Shown: one piece after another, positions 37,381-47,911 of the stretch | How positions within the stretch are numbered: position 1 is the first letter of the stretch | Layout: the number at the start of each line of letters is the position of its first letter | NCBI GenBank assembly: GCA_964016885.1 | Contig: OZ024743.1 | Span: 319,424,001 to 319,488,000 of the forward strand | Length of the DNA stretch: 64,000 bases | DNA from: Eledone cirrhosa | Lineage: Eukaryota | Reading direction: 5' to 3' | Notes under the pieces: model-generated | What the model saw: the letters and a program-made list of their open reading frames with translations, nothing else | Database searches by the model: none | What the model was told of the DNA's origin: nothing | Position numbers and translations under genes: made by a program

Positions 37381-38530
37381 AATGTAAGTATGTAAGTATA
37401 CGTACATACATATATGAATACAGACGTACAGTAGTATGTTTATATATACATACATGTACACATATATATATATATATGTACGTATCGGTTTACCGAACAT
37501 TTATTATAATGTTCGGTTTGTTTGTAAACAAACAGCCCGAATTAAGCCGTACAGTGTTTAGCAACCATCGTTGCCCTTTTGTTCAACACTGACAAAGGAA
37601 CGATGTATTAGTTTCAAGCTTATTAGCTATCGTCAGCATTGTATACCTTCCTGCCAGATGATTGAACGTCTGAAAGTATATACTTTCCTTATGCATATTA
37701 ACGGCTGAGCAGCCTAATTTGCATATCGAGGGAGTTTAGTCGGCCGGGCGCACCGAAAACGATAAATGGAAAAAATGAAACGAAATTTCATTTCTCACTC
37801 TTAGTACGGCCGTTACTTAAATGTAAGTATGTATACGTACATACATATATGTATACAGACGTACAGTAGTATGTATATATATACATACATATACACATAT
37901 ATATATATATATATATGTACGTATCGGTTTACCGAACATTTATTATAATGTTCGGTTTGTTTGTAAACAAACAGCCCGAATTAAGCCGTACAGTGTTTAG
38001 CAACCATCGTTGCCCTTTTGTTAAACACTGACAAAGGAACGATGTACTAGTTTCAAGCTTACGTACTAAGAGTGAGAAATGAAATTTCGTTTCATTTTTT
38101 CCATTTATCGTTTTCGGTGCGCCCGGCCGACTAAACTCACTCGATATGCAAATTAGGCTGCTCAGCCGTTAATATAGGAAAGTATATACTTTCAGACGTT
38201 CAATCATCTGGCAGGAAGATATACGATGCTGACGATAGCTAATAAGCTTGAAACTAGTTCATCGTTCCTTTGTCAGTGTTGAACAAAAGGGCAACGATGG
38301 TTGCTAAACACTGTACGGCTTAATTCGGGCTGTTTGTTTACAAACAAACCGAACATTATAATAAATGTTCGGTAAACCGATACGTACATATATATATGTG
38401 TGTACATGTATGTATATATACACATACTACTGTACGTCGTATACATATATGTATGTACGTATACATACTTACATTTAAGTAACAGCCGTACTAAGAGTGA
38501 GAAATGAAATTTCGCTTCATTTTTTACATT
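37381..38530. mobile_element. Retrozyme-like ~430 bp unit: ~1.5 tandem copies (minus) joined to ~1.1 inverted copies (plus)
   Basis: Unit restarts at 37381/37820 and at 38062/38487; inversion junction at 38061/38062; one hammerhead per unit. Confidence 0.8.
38224..38264 (+). ncRNA. Minimal type I hammerhead (other copies 37601-37641 and truncated 38040-38061, minus)
   Basis: CGATG-CTGACGA-TAGCT-AATA-AGCTT-GAAAC-TA-GTT-CATCG. Confidence 0.82.
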
Positions 38531-38686
38531 TAATATTACTAATATTATATATATATATATATTATTAATGTATATGTATATATTCCCGAGCTGTGTCAGA
38601 AGGTAACCACAGTTCACAAAGGTACTCAATACATTGGTAGAATATGGGCATCTTTATTATATATATATATAAGAACCATCAATACA

Positions 38687-38731
38687 TTCTTGATGATTTA
38701 ATACAAATGAAACAGTTCTAATACTGTAGAA
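38687..38731 (+). ncRNA. Degenerate type I hammerhead
   Basis: TTC-TTGATGA-TTTAATACAAAT-GAAACAG-TTCTAATA-CTGT-A-GAA; C3U, weak stems I/II, good stem III with GUA. Confidence 0.45.
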
Positions 38732-38752
38732 GTTATCACCTCTCTCTCTCTC

Positions 38753-38873
<121 letters not shown>

Positions 38874-38961
38874 GTAATAATAATAAATTCGAAGACTAAA
38901 ATCCAAAGAGGGCTCGATAAGGATAAATATATATATCAAATATATAAGAACCATGGAGCAA

Positions 38962-39212
38962 ATATTTATTAAAATAACAGATTAAAGTTTAAGCAAAGAA
39001 ATGCTGCTTTCACCCTTAACGGGATCTTCTGAAACTAACAAAGTCAATCTGTGAACGCAGAAGTGAATATTTCAAAAAAATGTTGCAACCGGAGGAAGAC
39101 AGGAAGACGATACTTTGGTTTGTGGAAACGTTCCCTTTGTTAGTTTCAGAAGATCCCGTTAAGGGTGAAAGCAGCGATTATTTGCTTAAACTTTAATCTG
39201 TTATTTTAATAA

Positions 39213-39216
<4 letters not shown>
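38962..39216. mobile_element. Fold-back element with ~82 bp arms, each holding a hammerhead-like fold
   Basis: 38962-39043 is the reverse complement of 39135-39216; 39142-39192 reads AGTTT-CAGAAGA-TCCC-GTTAA-GGGT-GAAAGCA-loop-TGCT-T-AAACT (U4A core). Confidence 0.72.
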
Positions 39217-39285
<69 letters not shown>

Positions 39286-39567
39286 CGAGTATAACCATAA
39301 ATGCAATATGCCCTTTTTTAACAAAAAATTTAAATACCTGGCACTCAGCTATTTAAGTTTATTTTTGTTAAATTTAAATATGCCGCCCTTTTGTAATTAT
39401 ATGTTCTTACATTCTTTGCAAATTATCTCCTGTTAATGTTTGGTATGTTTATTTATATATATATATCATTCGTTCTTGAATATATGTATATATATACATA
39501 TATGTTAAGTATTTCCGTGAAAAACGTAAAGGAAAAAAGAGTGCTCTATGTGTAGTACAGAGCTATT

Positions 39568-39819
39568 TAATTATGTAATAAACAACACAATATAATTATT
39601 CCATTACCAAAGGTTTCACGAAGTCAGACGATTCTAACAGAGGCATCTGAAGTCGTTCATCAGATAGAAATCTTTAATTTATATGATAATATATAATTAG
39701 ACATCCAAATTAAAGATTTCTATCTGATGAACGACTTCAGACGCCTCTGTTAGAATCGTCTGACTTCGTGAAACCTTTGGTAATGGAATAATTATATTGT
39801 GTTGTTTATTACATAATTA
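39568..39819. mobile_element. Fold-back element with 113 bp arms and 26 bp spacer
   Basis: 39568-39680 is the near-perfect reverse complement of 39707-39819. Confidence 0.88.
39718..39788 (+). ncRNA. Canonical type I hammerhead with long stem II (mirror copy 39599-39669, minus)
   Basis: TTCTAT-CTGATGA-ACGA.ct.TCAGACG-loop-CGTCTGA.ct.TCGT-GAAACC-TTT-GGT-A-ATGGAA; GUA triplet, predicted cut after 39782. Confidence 0.88.
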
Positions 39820-39959
39820 TATATATATATAAATATACATATTATTGATTAAAATATGTGTGTATATATATGTGTGTTACTCTGGAGCTTCACCAGTTGA
39901 TCTGAATGGTTGATAAATAAAGTACCATTTCTTTTCCACTCCTTGTCTCTATCTATCTA

Positions 39960-40705
39960 CTTCCAGAGGTCCCTGGCCTGGCAGTGCTACCGAGGAGCCC
40001 TACCAGTTCGTGACAAGATCTATAGGCACGGACGCTCCGGCAGGGATCCTTCCAAGAGGACGTGTCCAAGATGCGCACAGGACATTGAAACCGTCCTGCA
40101 CGCAATTGTACACTGCCCGGGCGTAAGCGACCTGTGGAACTACGCGGAACAACTGCTGTCTCGTATGGGACAAATCCAGTTGACTGCCAAATCCATAGTA
40201 AGGATCAAACCACCAACTTCTTTCAAAAACAAAAGAGAGGCAGTTTTCCTCTGTATAGTGGCTATGGTGAAAGAGGTTATATGGTGGACGAGATTGAGAG
40301 GACTGAAGACAGATGCCTTTCTCTCCGGACAACAACTCATTCCCTTCTTTAGATACCACTTTAGAAGGAGAATCAGAGTGGAGAGAGAGGCACTGCACCC
40401 CAGTAAATTTACTGAAAGGTGGGTGAATGTGGCAAAAATGGCCCGAGTGATTGGGCCTTCTCTGTATATAAACCTGTAGGTTGAAGAAGAAAGCAAAAGG
40501 AAGAAAGGTGCACTTGCACAACACCATCCTGAAGTTGAGCGTTGTTCTATCGACGGGGTATTAAACAACCCATTTGTGACGCCTCCCCCCTATTTCGATT
40601 GTTATAATTATTTGTTTTATATTTTTTTACACGATTGTATGTAAAATCACCGGCATGTCTTTGTGTTGTCCCCTTTTCTTGTGCGCCCTTGTGGCTAATA
40701 AAGAA

Positions 40706-40707
<2 letters not shown>
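39960..40707 (+). mobile_element. Tx1 LINE subfamily 3, 3' ~750 bp, flanked by (TCTA)n
   Basis: FQRSLAWQCYRGALPVRDK...CPRC...HAIVHC homologous to the ORF2 C-termini above; AATAAA then (TCTA)n; short TCTA run at the 5' junction. Confidence 0.9.
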
Positions 40708-40743
<36 letters not shown>

Positions 40744-40996
40744 ATCTTTTGGCTTTGTTCATCCCATGTTGTACCCCACGAAATTCTAAAGAAAGAATCT
40801 GATTCAAGAATTCGTTTCTTGTTTCAATGAGTCAGCGGAGACAACCGTAATTAATTTCACTTGTGTCGTCGCTTGGCAACACAACACCGGTTAATTTCGT
40901 AAACACTATTACGTATATATAATATCTAATATATAATATATAATATATAATAAAATATATTTATATATTTCATATACATTTTCCGGAAGTGGTTGC

Positions 40997-41192
<196 letters not shown>

Positions 41193-42799
41193 ATCCGTTT
41201 CTTTGTTTCTGTGGGAGGTGCGTGTGTAGAAGAAATTGGCTGTGTTCTGACCTTTAACCTGCAGGTCTTCACCAGATGAAATGCTCAAGACACATTTAAT
41301 ATCCCTACGGCGCCACTTCGACTAAATCAGAAGTTCAAAGCTCCTTGGAACATTATAGATAACCTAACTTCTTGCTTTCACTCTACTCTGTGCTTACTCA
41401 CATCCATTTCACCCTACCATTCACCAAAACCTGCTCATGCAATCTACTAAGTCATGGATTATTCCTATCTTTCGCCTCATGCTCCCTTTTGAGCCCTAAT
41501 TCTCATAGACTTATCTTCTCTTTGAAAGTTAACACAAAAGCAATTTTTTTCTGCCATGTCATGTTCTACTCTGTACAGGAGTCACGTCATTCTATTCTCA
41601 AACAATCAGATCCATATGTCACGGCGCCCTCAGACCCCGTACTACGGAGCTCCTCTGCAAAATCGGAACGTCATCAGCCCGTCTAAAGAAGGAGCCCCGC
41701 GAGGTGGGGTCGCTGTTGCAGCGGGTGGCGCTGGCCATTGTCTTCGGAAATACCTTTGTAGTTTTGTCAGTGGGGTGCAACCCAAACACAATCTCCCCTA
41801 GGCCCAGAGCCCATCACCATCTTCCCTTCCGCTGCCTTTCTTCTGTGGCCCAAGAGACCTCGCTTTTCCCCCATTTTCGCCCCACTTATGACATTTATAG
41901 TCCTTTCCTCTACTTTCCCATACAGCCCGATCTGCCCTTCTTTACCTCTTCCTCTTTATCTCATTACTTAATTTGACTTTTATCTTTCTTTTTCATATCT
42001 ATGTAATCATCAATAGTTTTTAAGCCAACTTTGACATTGAAACGATTTTGTAACAGCTCTTTTGTGGTTAACCTGGTGCTTGGAACCTAACTTAATAAAG
42101 GATATTACAGGATAAAAATTATTTACCATTTGGCTATTATTTATTCTTCAATCAGTTAGGCAGCTGTTTGAGAAAACGGCCAGAAACACATGAAAAGCAA
42201 AATCCCCAAAGGGATTTCATGCTATTACTTTTTGTCTATGTCGATTTAATCTAGAGGAATGGGCTTTAAATACACCACAGAATGGAATGTTTACTACAAA
42301 TTAATTCATGGAACATCAACATGTTTTGGTGAATATTCACCCCTTGTAAACGCTGTTTAACTAAAGTTACTTTCCATCCGCACAATTTAGAGTAATTTAC
42401 TAATCATCAATTCGTATCGATTGCAGTTTTTAAATCTAACTCTTTGACAATATAGATGACGACCTTCCTAACTATGGCCATTCCATCTTGTGGCCATTCA
42501 TACTTTGCAAAATACATTGTCTATCACCGCAAGTCTAAGTAAGATGTAATATCCTTCCAATTCCCATACTTCACTTCCATCGTACTATCTCATGTTTACA
42601 CCAAACAATTTTAAATATTACATTTAACCCCAATTGGATTATCATCAAACAGTTACGATCTCCTAGTATCCATACTAATATTCATTTCCCCATCATTAAC
42701 TGAAATAAAATCTCAACTGAATTGTATAGCTTTGTCAGGTTGCGATTTAGTCATAGACGGATATAGCTTTCTCTTTTGGTTCCAAATCACTTTATACCA

Positions 42800-43252
42800 A
42801 TCGCCTAACTCGCAACCTTCATACGGATGCTGTAGTGGTTCCACGAATAAGGAAGTCTTTTTACAGTCATAGCTTTTTTACTTGAAACTCCAGACTTTGG
42901 AACTCTCTTCTATCTCATTGTTTTCCTCCTTCGTATGACCTGAGCTTTTGTCTAATTCGAAACTGACCGTGTTTTTATCCAGATGCTGTCGTCGCTCGAC
43001 GAATACGGAAGTCTTTCTAGGGTCGTAGCTTTTTTCTTTGCACTTAAACTGACATATTTTCAAACTTTCATCTCATTATTTTCCTCTTTCTCATGACTTG
43101 AGCTTTCACCTAACTCGAAACTCACAGCGTCTCATTCGGATGCCGTTGTGGTTTCACAAATAAGAAAGCCTTTCTACGGTCGTAGCTTTTTTCCTCGAAC
43201 TACCAGACTTCAGAAGTCTCTTCAATCTCATTGTTTTCCTTCTTCCTATGAC
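42800..43252 (-). repeat. Diverged 156 bp tandem repeat, about 3 copies
   Basis: GATGC...AATA.G.AAG.CTTT...TAGCTTTTT recurs at ~42825, ~42981 and ~43137. Confidence 0.75.
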
Positions 43253-43459
43253 CAAAATTGACTTTATTTTTCACAAATACCAGTAATATATTGGAGTTGA
43301 TTGAATTGCTCATTCTTTTCCTTCGAACAGCTGGCCTTTTACTTTAGCAACAAGCCAACATTTTAAAATTGTAAACTTTTGGCTTGAAGTCTACATTTTT
43401 CATTGCTTGAGAGTTCAATCAGTAAAATCGTGAAACCAAATTCATTACTGTGAGCTAAG

Positions 43460-43875
43460 AATAGTTTCTAATTCAGAAATATGGCCAGCAACTTTATGGG
43501 TAGGGGAAAACGATCGAATCTACTCCAGTAATTGTTTAATACTTTATTCTAGCTATCTCGATATGATGAACGGCAAAGTTGAACACGGTGGGATTTGAAT
43601 TCAAACCGTAAAGGACTGCAATTATATGCAACAAAAAATGTTGTCCAATAATTGAGCGATTCTAATAATTCCCATCATTTCACATATCTTCACAGATCTT
43701 TGTTTCGAAATTAACTCAAGGCCTGTCGCCTGATTAAACCAATTTTATTTTATTGACTCCGAAAGAAAGGCAAAGATCACAAAAAGAGGGATTTGAAGCC
43801 AGACAGTAAAGAGCTGGAATTGAATGCAGCAAGCATTTTATGCAATGCTCTAACGATTCTATTAATCCCACATCC
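43460..43875 (-). mobile_element. Two old diverged SINE family A-related copies
   Basis: GGATTTGAA B-box complement, GGCAAAG and GGCCAGCAA blocks in the same order as family A. Confidence 0.65.
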
Positions 43876-43984
43876 CTACAGAGATCTACTGATATTAGAC
43901 TAAGACGACAAACCAGTTCTTTAAACTTCCAACTGTATGTCTTTCGGTGGTGTGCAGATTTCATAGGAAAAAAAGCAAAGCGAC

Positions 43985-44300
43985 GTGCAGCGACTTGTTC
44001 TCCGCCCCTAAACTTGTCTCTTCGGCCACAAATCCGGCCTCCGCTGCCCGTAATGCGGAGGAGAAGAAGATAGTCAAATGCCACTTATTATTTGTACCGG
44101 TCTCCCTCGAGACCTCTGGCGTATTTGGTCCACGCACTGCTAATTTCCTCCATAAAGTCGGAAATACGGTGGCCCGCTAGAGGAGGGAGCCCCGTGAGGT
44201 GGAGTGGCTGTTGCAGCGGGTGTCTCTGGCCATTCTCCGCTGTAACGCCTTTCCCATTTTGTCCGCGGGGCGCGGCAGAGGCACAGCTGAGACTGGGGTG
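43985..44300 (+). mobile_element. 3' fragment of a CRE-like RLE retrotransposon (related fragment at ~41685-41775)
   Basis: AARNAEEKK...FVPVSLETSGVFGP...LLQRVSLAILRCNA, the typical CRE-clade C-terminus. Confidence 0.7.
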
Positions 44301-44792
44301 TAGTGTTTATGTCTCCCCACTCTTTGTTTCGTTGCTTGATCCCTTTTTCTTTTTCTTCTTTTAATTTCCTTTTTTCTTTCTTCCTTTTTTTTTGTTCCCT
44401 TTAACAATGGGTTTTGTTTTTATTAGATGCTACTTAATTAGTTTTATATAGTGTCTATAGTTTTTCATGCTATTGTGAGATTTTATATATTGAATATGTT
44501 TGTTTTTCAGTCTAAAGGTATATCATAGTTATAACATGACTTAGAAGGAATAGAATATTTGTTTTTAAATACTAAAATGGGTGTTACTGAATATAATCGT
44601 CTATCTAAACAAGAGACGCATGTCCTTGAGCTTGACAAACATCCTGCGCAGAAAGCGATACTAACAAACGCTTCGTCACCTTGTGTGAGCACAAACTTTA
44701 TATAATAGTACCATTCCTTTTACCTCCAAATAGTGTTTTCTTATGGTTTATATTTTTGCAGGTCAACTGAATAAGCTATCAAACAGAAAACG

Positions 44793-45140
44793 ATGCAGGC
44801 AATGATGTCTGGTTAAGGAGTTCAATTCACAACATAGATTTAGACTGTGTTCTTAAGGAGTACACTTCATAACATAGGTGTAGGCATGGCTCGGTGGGTA
44901 AGAAGTTCACTTCACAACATAGGTACAGGCATTGCCGTGTGGTTAAGGAATTCAGTTCACAATCTATATGAAGGCATAGCTGTTGTGGTTAAAGAGTTCA
45001 CTTCACAGCATACTTGCAGACATGGCTGTGTGGTTAAGGAGTTCACTTCACAACAGAGATGCAGGTATCGTTGTGGGGTTATGGACATTGGTTCGAAACT
45101 ACGTGGTTCGTTGTTCAGTCCACCTGCTCAGCACCATGGT
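44793..45140 (+). repeat. ~45 bp tandem array of a tRNA-SINE head, about 7 units
   Basis: GCAGGCATGGCTGTGTGGTTAAGGAGTTCACTTCACAAC-like units; the last unit runs on into GGTTC..GTTCAGTCC (B-box-like). Confidence 0.7.
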
Positions 45141-45366
45141 GTGTGTTTGTTGACAAAAAGATAAATAGCAATAACATTATAAGTGGAAAACTAATAAATT
45201 AAACATGAAAAACTGTTTTAATCGAAACCGGTCAAGTACAAAATTAAGTACAAATTTACAAAAACTATTCTTTTTGAGATAAAAATAAGTTAATTTCGTT
45301 GTTTCCTATACACGTAACATGTATATAAAACAAAAACACGTTAGGTGCTTATTTTCAAATCTTAAT

Positions 45367-45420
<54 letters not shown>

Positions 45421-45566
45421 ATATTTTGGGAGGGTCATGTTGCCAATAAGAAACACGCGCACCAAAAGCTTTCACTTCAATTTATTATAATAAATTTATA
45501 AATTAAGGAATTTATAAATTTCCGGTTGGTTGGTTGATTCCACAACCAGATGGTTGTTTATATATT

Positions 45567-45609
45567 GTCAAAGTTCTTTCGTCACACATTATGTGACCTC
45601 TTCAGTGAC
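45567..45609 (-). ncRNA. Minimal type I hammerhead
   Basis: GTCA-CTGAAGA-G.GTCACA-TAATG-TGTGAC-GAAAG-AA-CTT-TGAC. Confidence 0.7.
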
Positions 45610-45966
45610 TGGGGATTCTTTTCTTTGTTTTTTGTGCCTCTCCTATGTTCTGTCCTACGCCATCTTGTTTTTGTGTGTGTGTTGTGTGCTTAGTTTGCGC
45701 ATGTGTTACATCCGGGTGTCTGTGTGTGTTTATATTCGTTTATTTATTTGTTTATTTACATGTTACTGGTTGGTTGTTTGTTCTATGTGCGTGTGTGTTT
45801 TCATTTTGTCATTAATTGTAAGTTGTGATGTTGCTATTCCACTCATGTTTTCTATTTAATTTTGGTTGTAATTCATTTATGTTTATGCCTCTATGATTTG
45901 TCTAAACATTGCGACGCAATTAAATAATCAGAGCGAAACACGGATATATATATATATATATATATA

Positions 45967-47198
45967 TGGTGGCTGCCAACTCGTTTTCGAGTACGGCCAC
46001 TACTTTATATCCATGTAGGAGAACTCCTACCAATGCGCTGAACGAGTGACATTTTAGTCCAGCCAGCAACTTGAAAACTCTGGTACAAACACTACACTTG
46101 TGACAATTATTGACACATAGTGCTGGGCCCATGGTACCATGTAAACGACAAGTGCAGAGAGATCTCCAGATATAAAGCAATGCCTGTGCCGTGAAGCTTT
46201 TATAGTGAGCAAAGGCACTGCACAAAGCCAGTCCCACTCTCTTAACCAAGATGATATTTACCAAAAAGAAGAACAAGTCAACATCATTGGATACAATCAG
46301 GGTTGCAGATGTTATATCAGAGTTTTCCTTCTCCTAGAATTCTGCCTTGACAAAGGCTAAGGGGTCATCTCTCCCGGTGATTTAGGATGGCCATTGACTC
46401 TTAAGAGCTCTTTGCCCTTTGACAGGTTTTGTTTTTAGTCTTGCAGGATGTCCAAAGTCACCCTCCTCACCAAGAAACCTTGGTGGGGTTGCCAGTTTAG
46501 TCGCCAACGACCCGACCATGAGACAGGTTGTACTGGGATACATGTTACCAGTAACACCAACTGGTGACCTGACATATACTGTATATATGGTGGCTGCCAA
46601 CTCGTTTTCGAGTACGGCCACTACTTTATATCCATGTAGGAGAACCCCTACCGATGCGCTGAACGAATGTGACTTTTTAGTCCAGCCAGCGACTTGAAAA
46701 CTCTGGTACAAAGCCTACACTTGTGACCATTATTGACACATAGTGCAGGGCCCATGATACCATGTGATGACAAGTGCAGAGAGATCTCCAGATATAAAGC
46801 AATGCCTGTGCTGTGAAGCTTTTATAGTGAGCAAAGGCACTGCACAAAGCCAGTCCCACTCTCTCAACCAAGATGATATTTACCAAAAAGAAGAACAAGT
46901 CAACATCATTGGATACCATCAGGGTTGCAGGTGTTATATCAGAGTTTTCCTTCTCCTAGAATTCTGCCTTGACAAAGGCTAAGGGGTCATCTCTCCCGGT
47001 GATTTTGGATGGCTATTGAGTCTTAAGAGCTCCCTTGCCCTTTGACAGGTTTTGTTTTTAGTCCTGCAGGATGTCCAAAGTCACCCTCCTCACCAAGAAA
47101 CCTTGGTGGGGTTGCCAGTTTAGTCGCCAACGACCCGACCATGAGACAGGTTGTACTGGGATACATGTTACCAGTAGCACCAACTGGTGACCTGACAT
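45967..47198 (-). mobile_element. Head-to-tail pair of the ~610 bp RTE-derived retroposon
   Basis: 45967-46575 and 46588-47198 are each the reverse complement of 9338-9947, with a short TA-rich spacer. Confidence 0.88.
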
Positions 47199-47419
47199 AA
47201 ACTATAACTGTATATATATATATATATATATATACTGTATATATATATATTATTAAAAGATCGGAGGACCTATTCAGTTGATTGAGGTTTTTTAAAACTC
47301 CTTGAAAGATATTTCGCTGAGGACTATCAGTTATGATAGCCTGAGCTCTTCAGACGGCAACAAGTTGATCTCGGCGGTGTTTGAACTCAGAGAGCTGAGA
47401 GTTCGAACGAATGTTGATA

Positions 47420-47879
47420 CTATTGTTGTTTCTGAGGCTGGTCTTGTTATTTTTTGTTGTTGCTGCTGTTGTTGTTGTTATTGCTGTTTTTAGTGGAGTT
47501 GTTGTCATGTTGTTGCTGATAGCGTTGTTGTTGTTGTTGCTGTTGTTGTTGTTGTTAGTGGAGTTGTTGTCATGTTGTTGCTGATACGGTTGTTGTTGTT
47601 GCTGCTGCTGTTGTTGTTATTGCTGTTGTTAGTGGAGTTGTTGTCATGTTGTTGCTGCTGTTGTTGTTGCAGTTGTTAGTGTAGTTGTTGTCATGTTGTT
47701 GCTGATACCGTTGTTGTTGTTGTTGCTGTTGTTGTTGTTGTTATTGCTGTTGTTAGAGGAGTTGTTGTCATGTTGTTGTTGTTGTTGTTGTTGTTGTTAG
47801 TGGAGTTGTTGTCATGTTGTTGCTGATACGGTTGTTATTGTTGCTGCTGCTGTTGTTGTTATTGCTGTTGTTAGTGGAG

Positions 47880-47911
<32 letters not shown>

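Larger units (their letters stand above)
36650..37383. mobile_element. Fold-back hammerhead element interrupted by a Tx1 fragment
   Basis: 36650-36778 plus 37185-37199 is the reverse complement of 37243-37383. Confidence 0.8.

Noticed and set aside
44793-45140. CRISPR-like regular repeats
   Set aside because: No unique spacers, units are diverged tandem SINE heads, eukaryotic context, no cas genes
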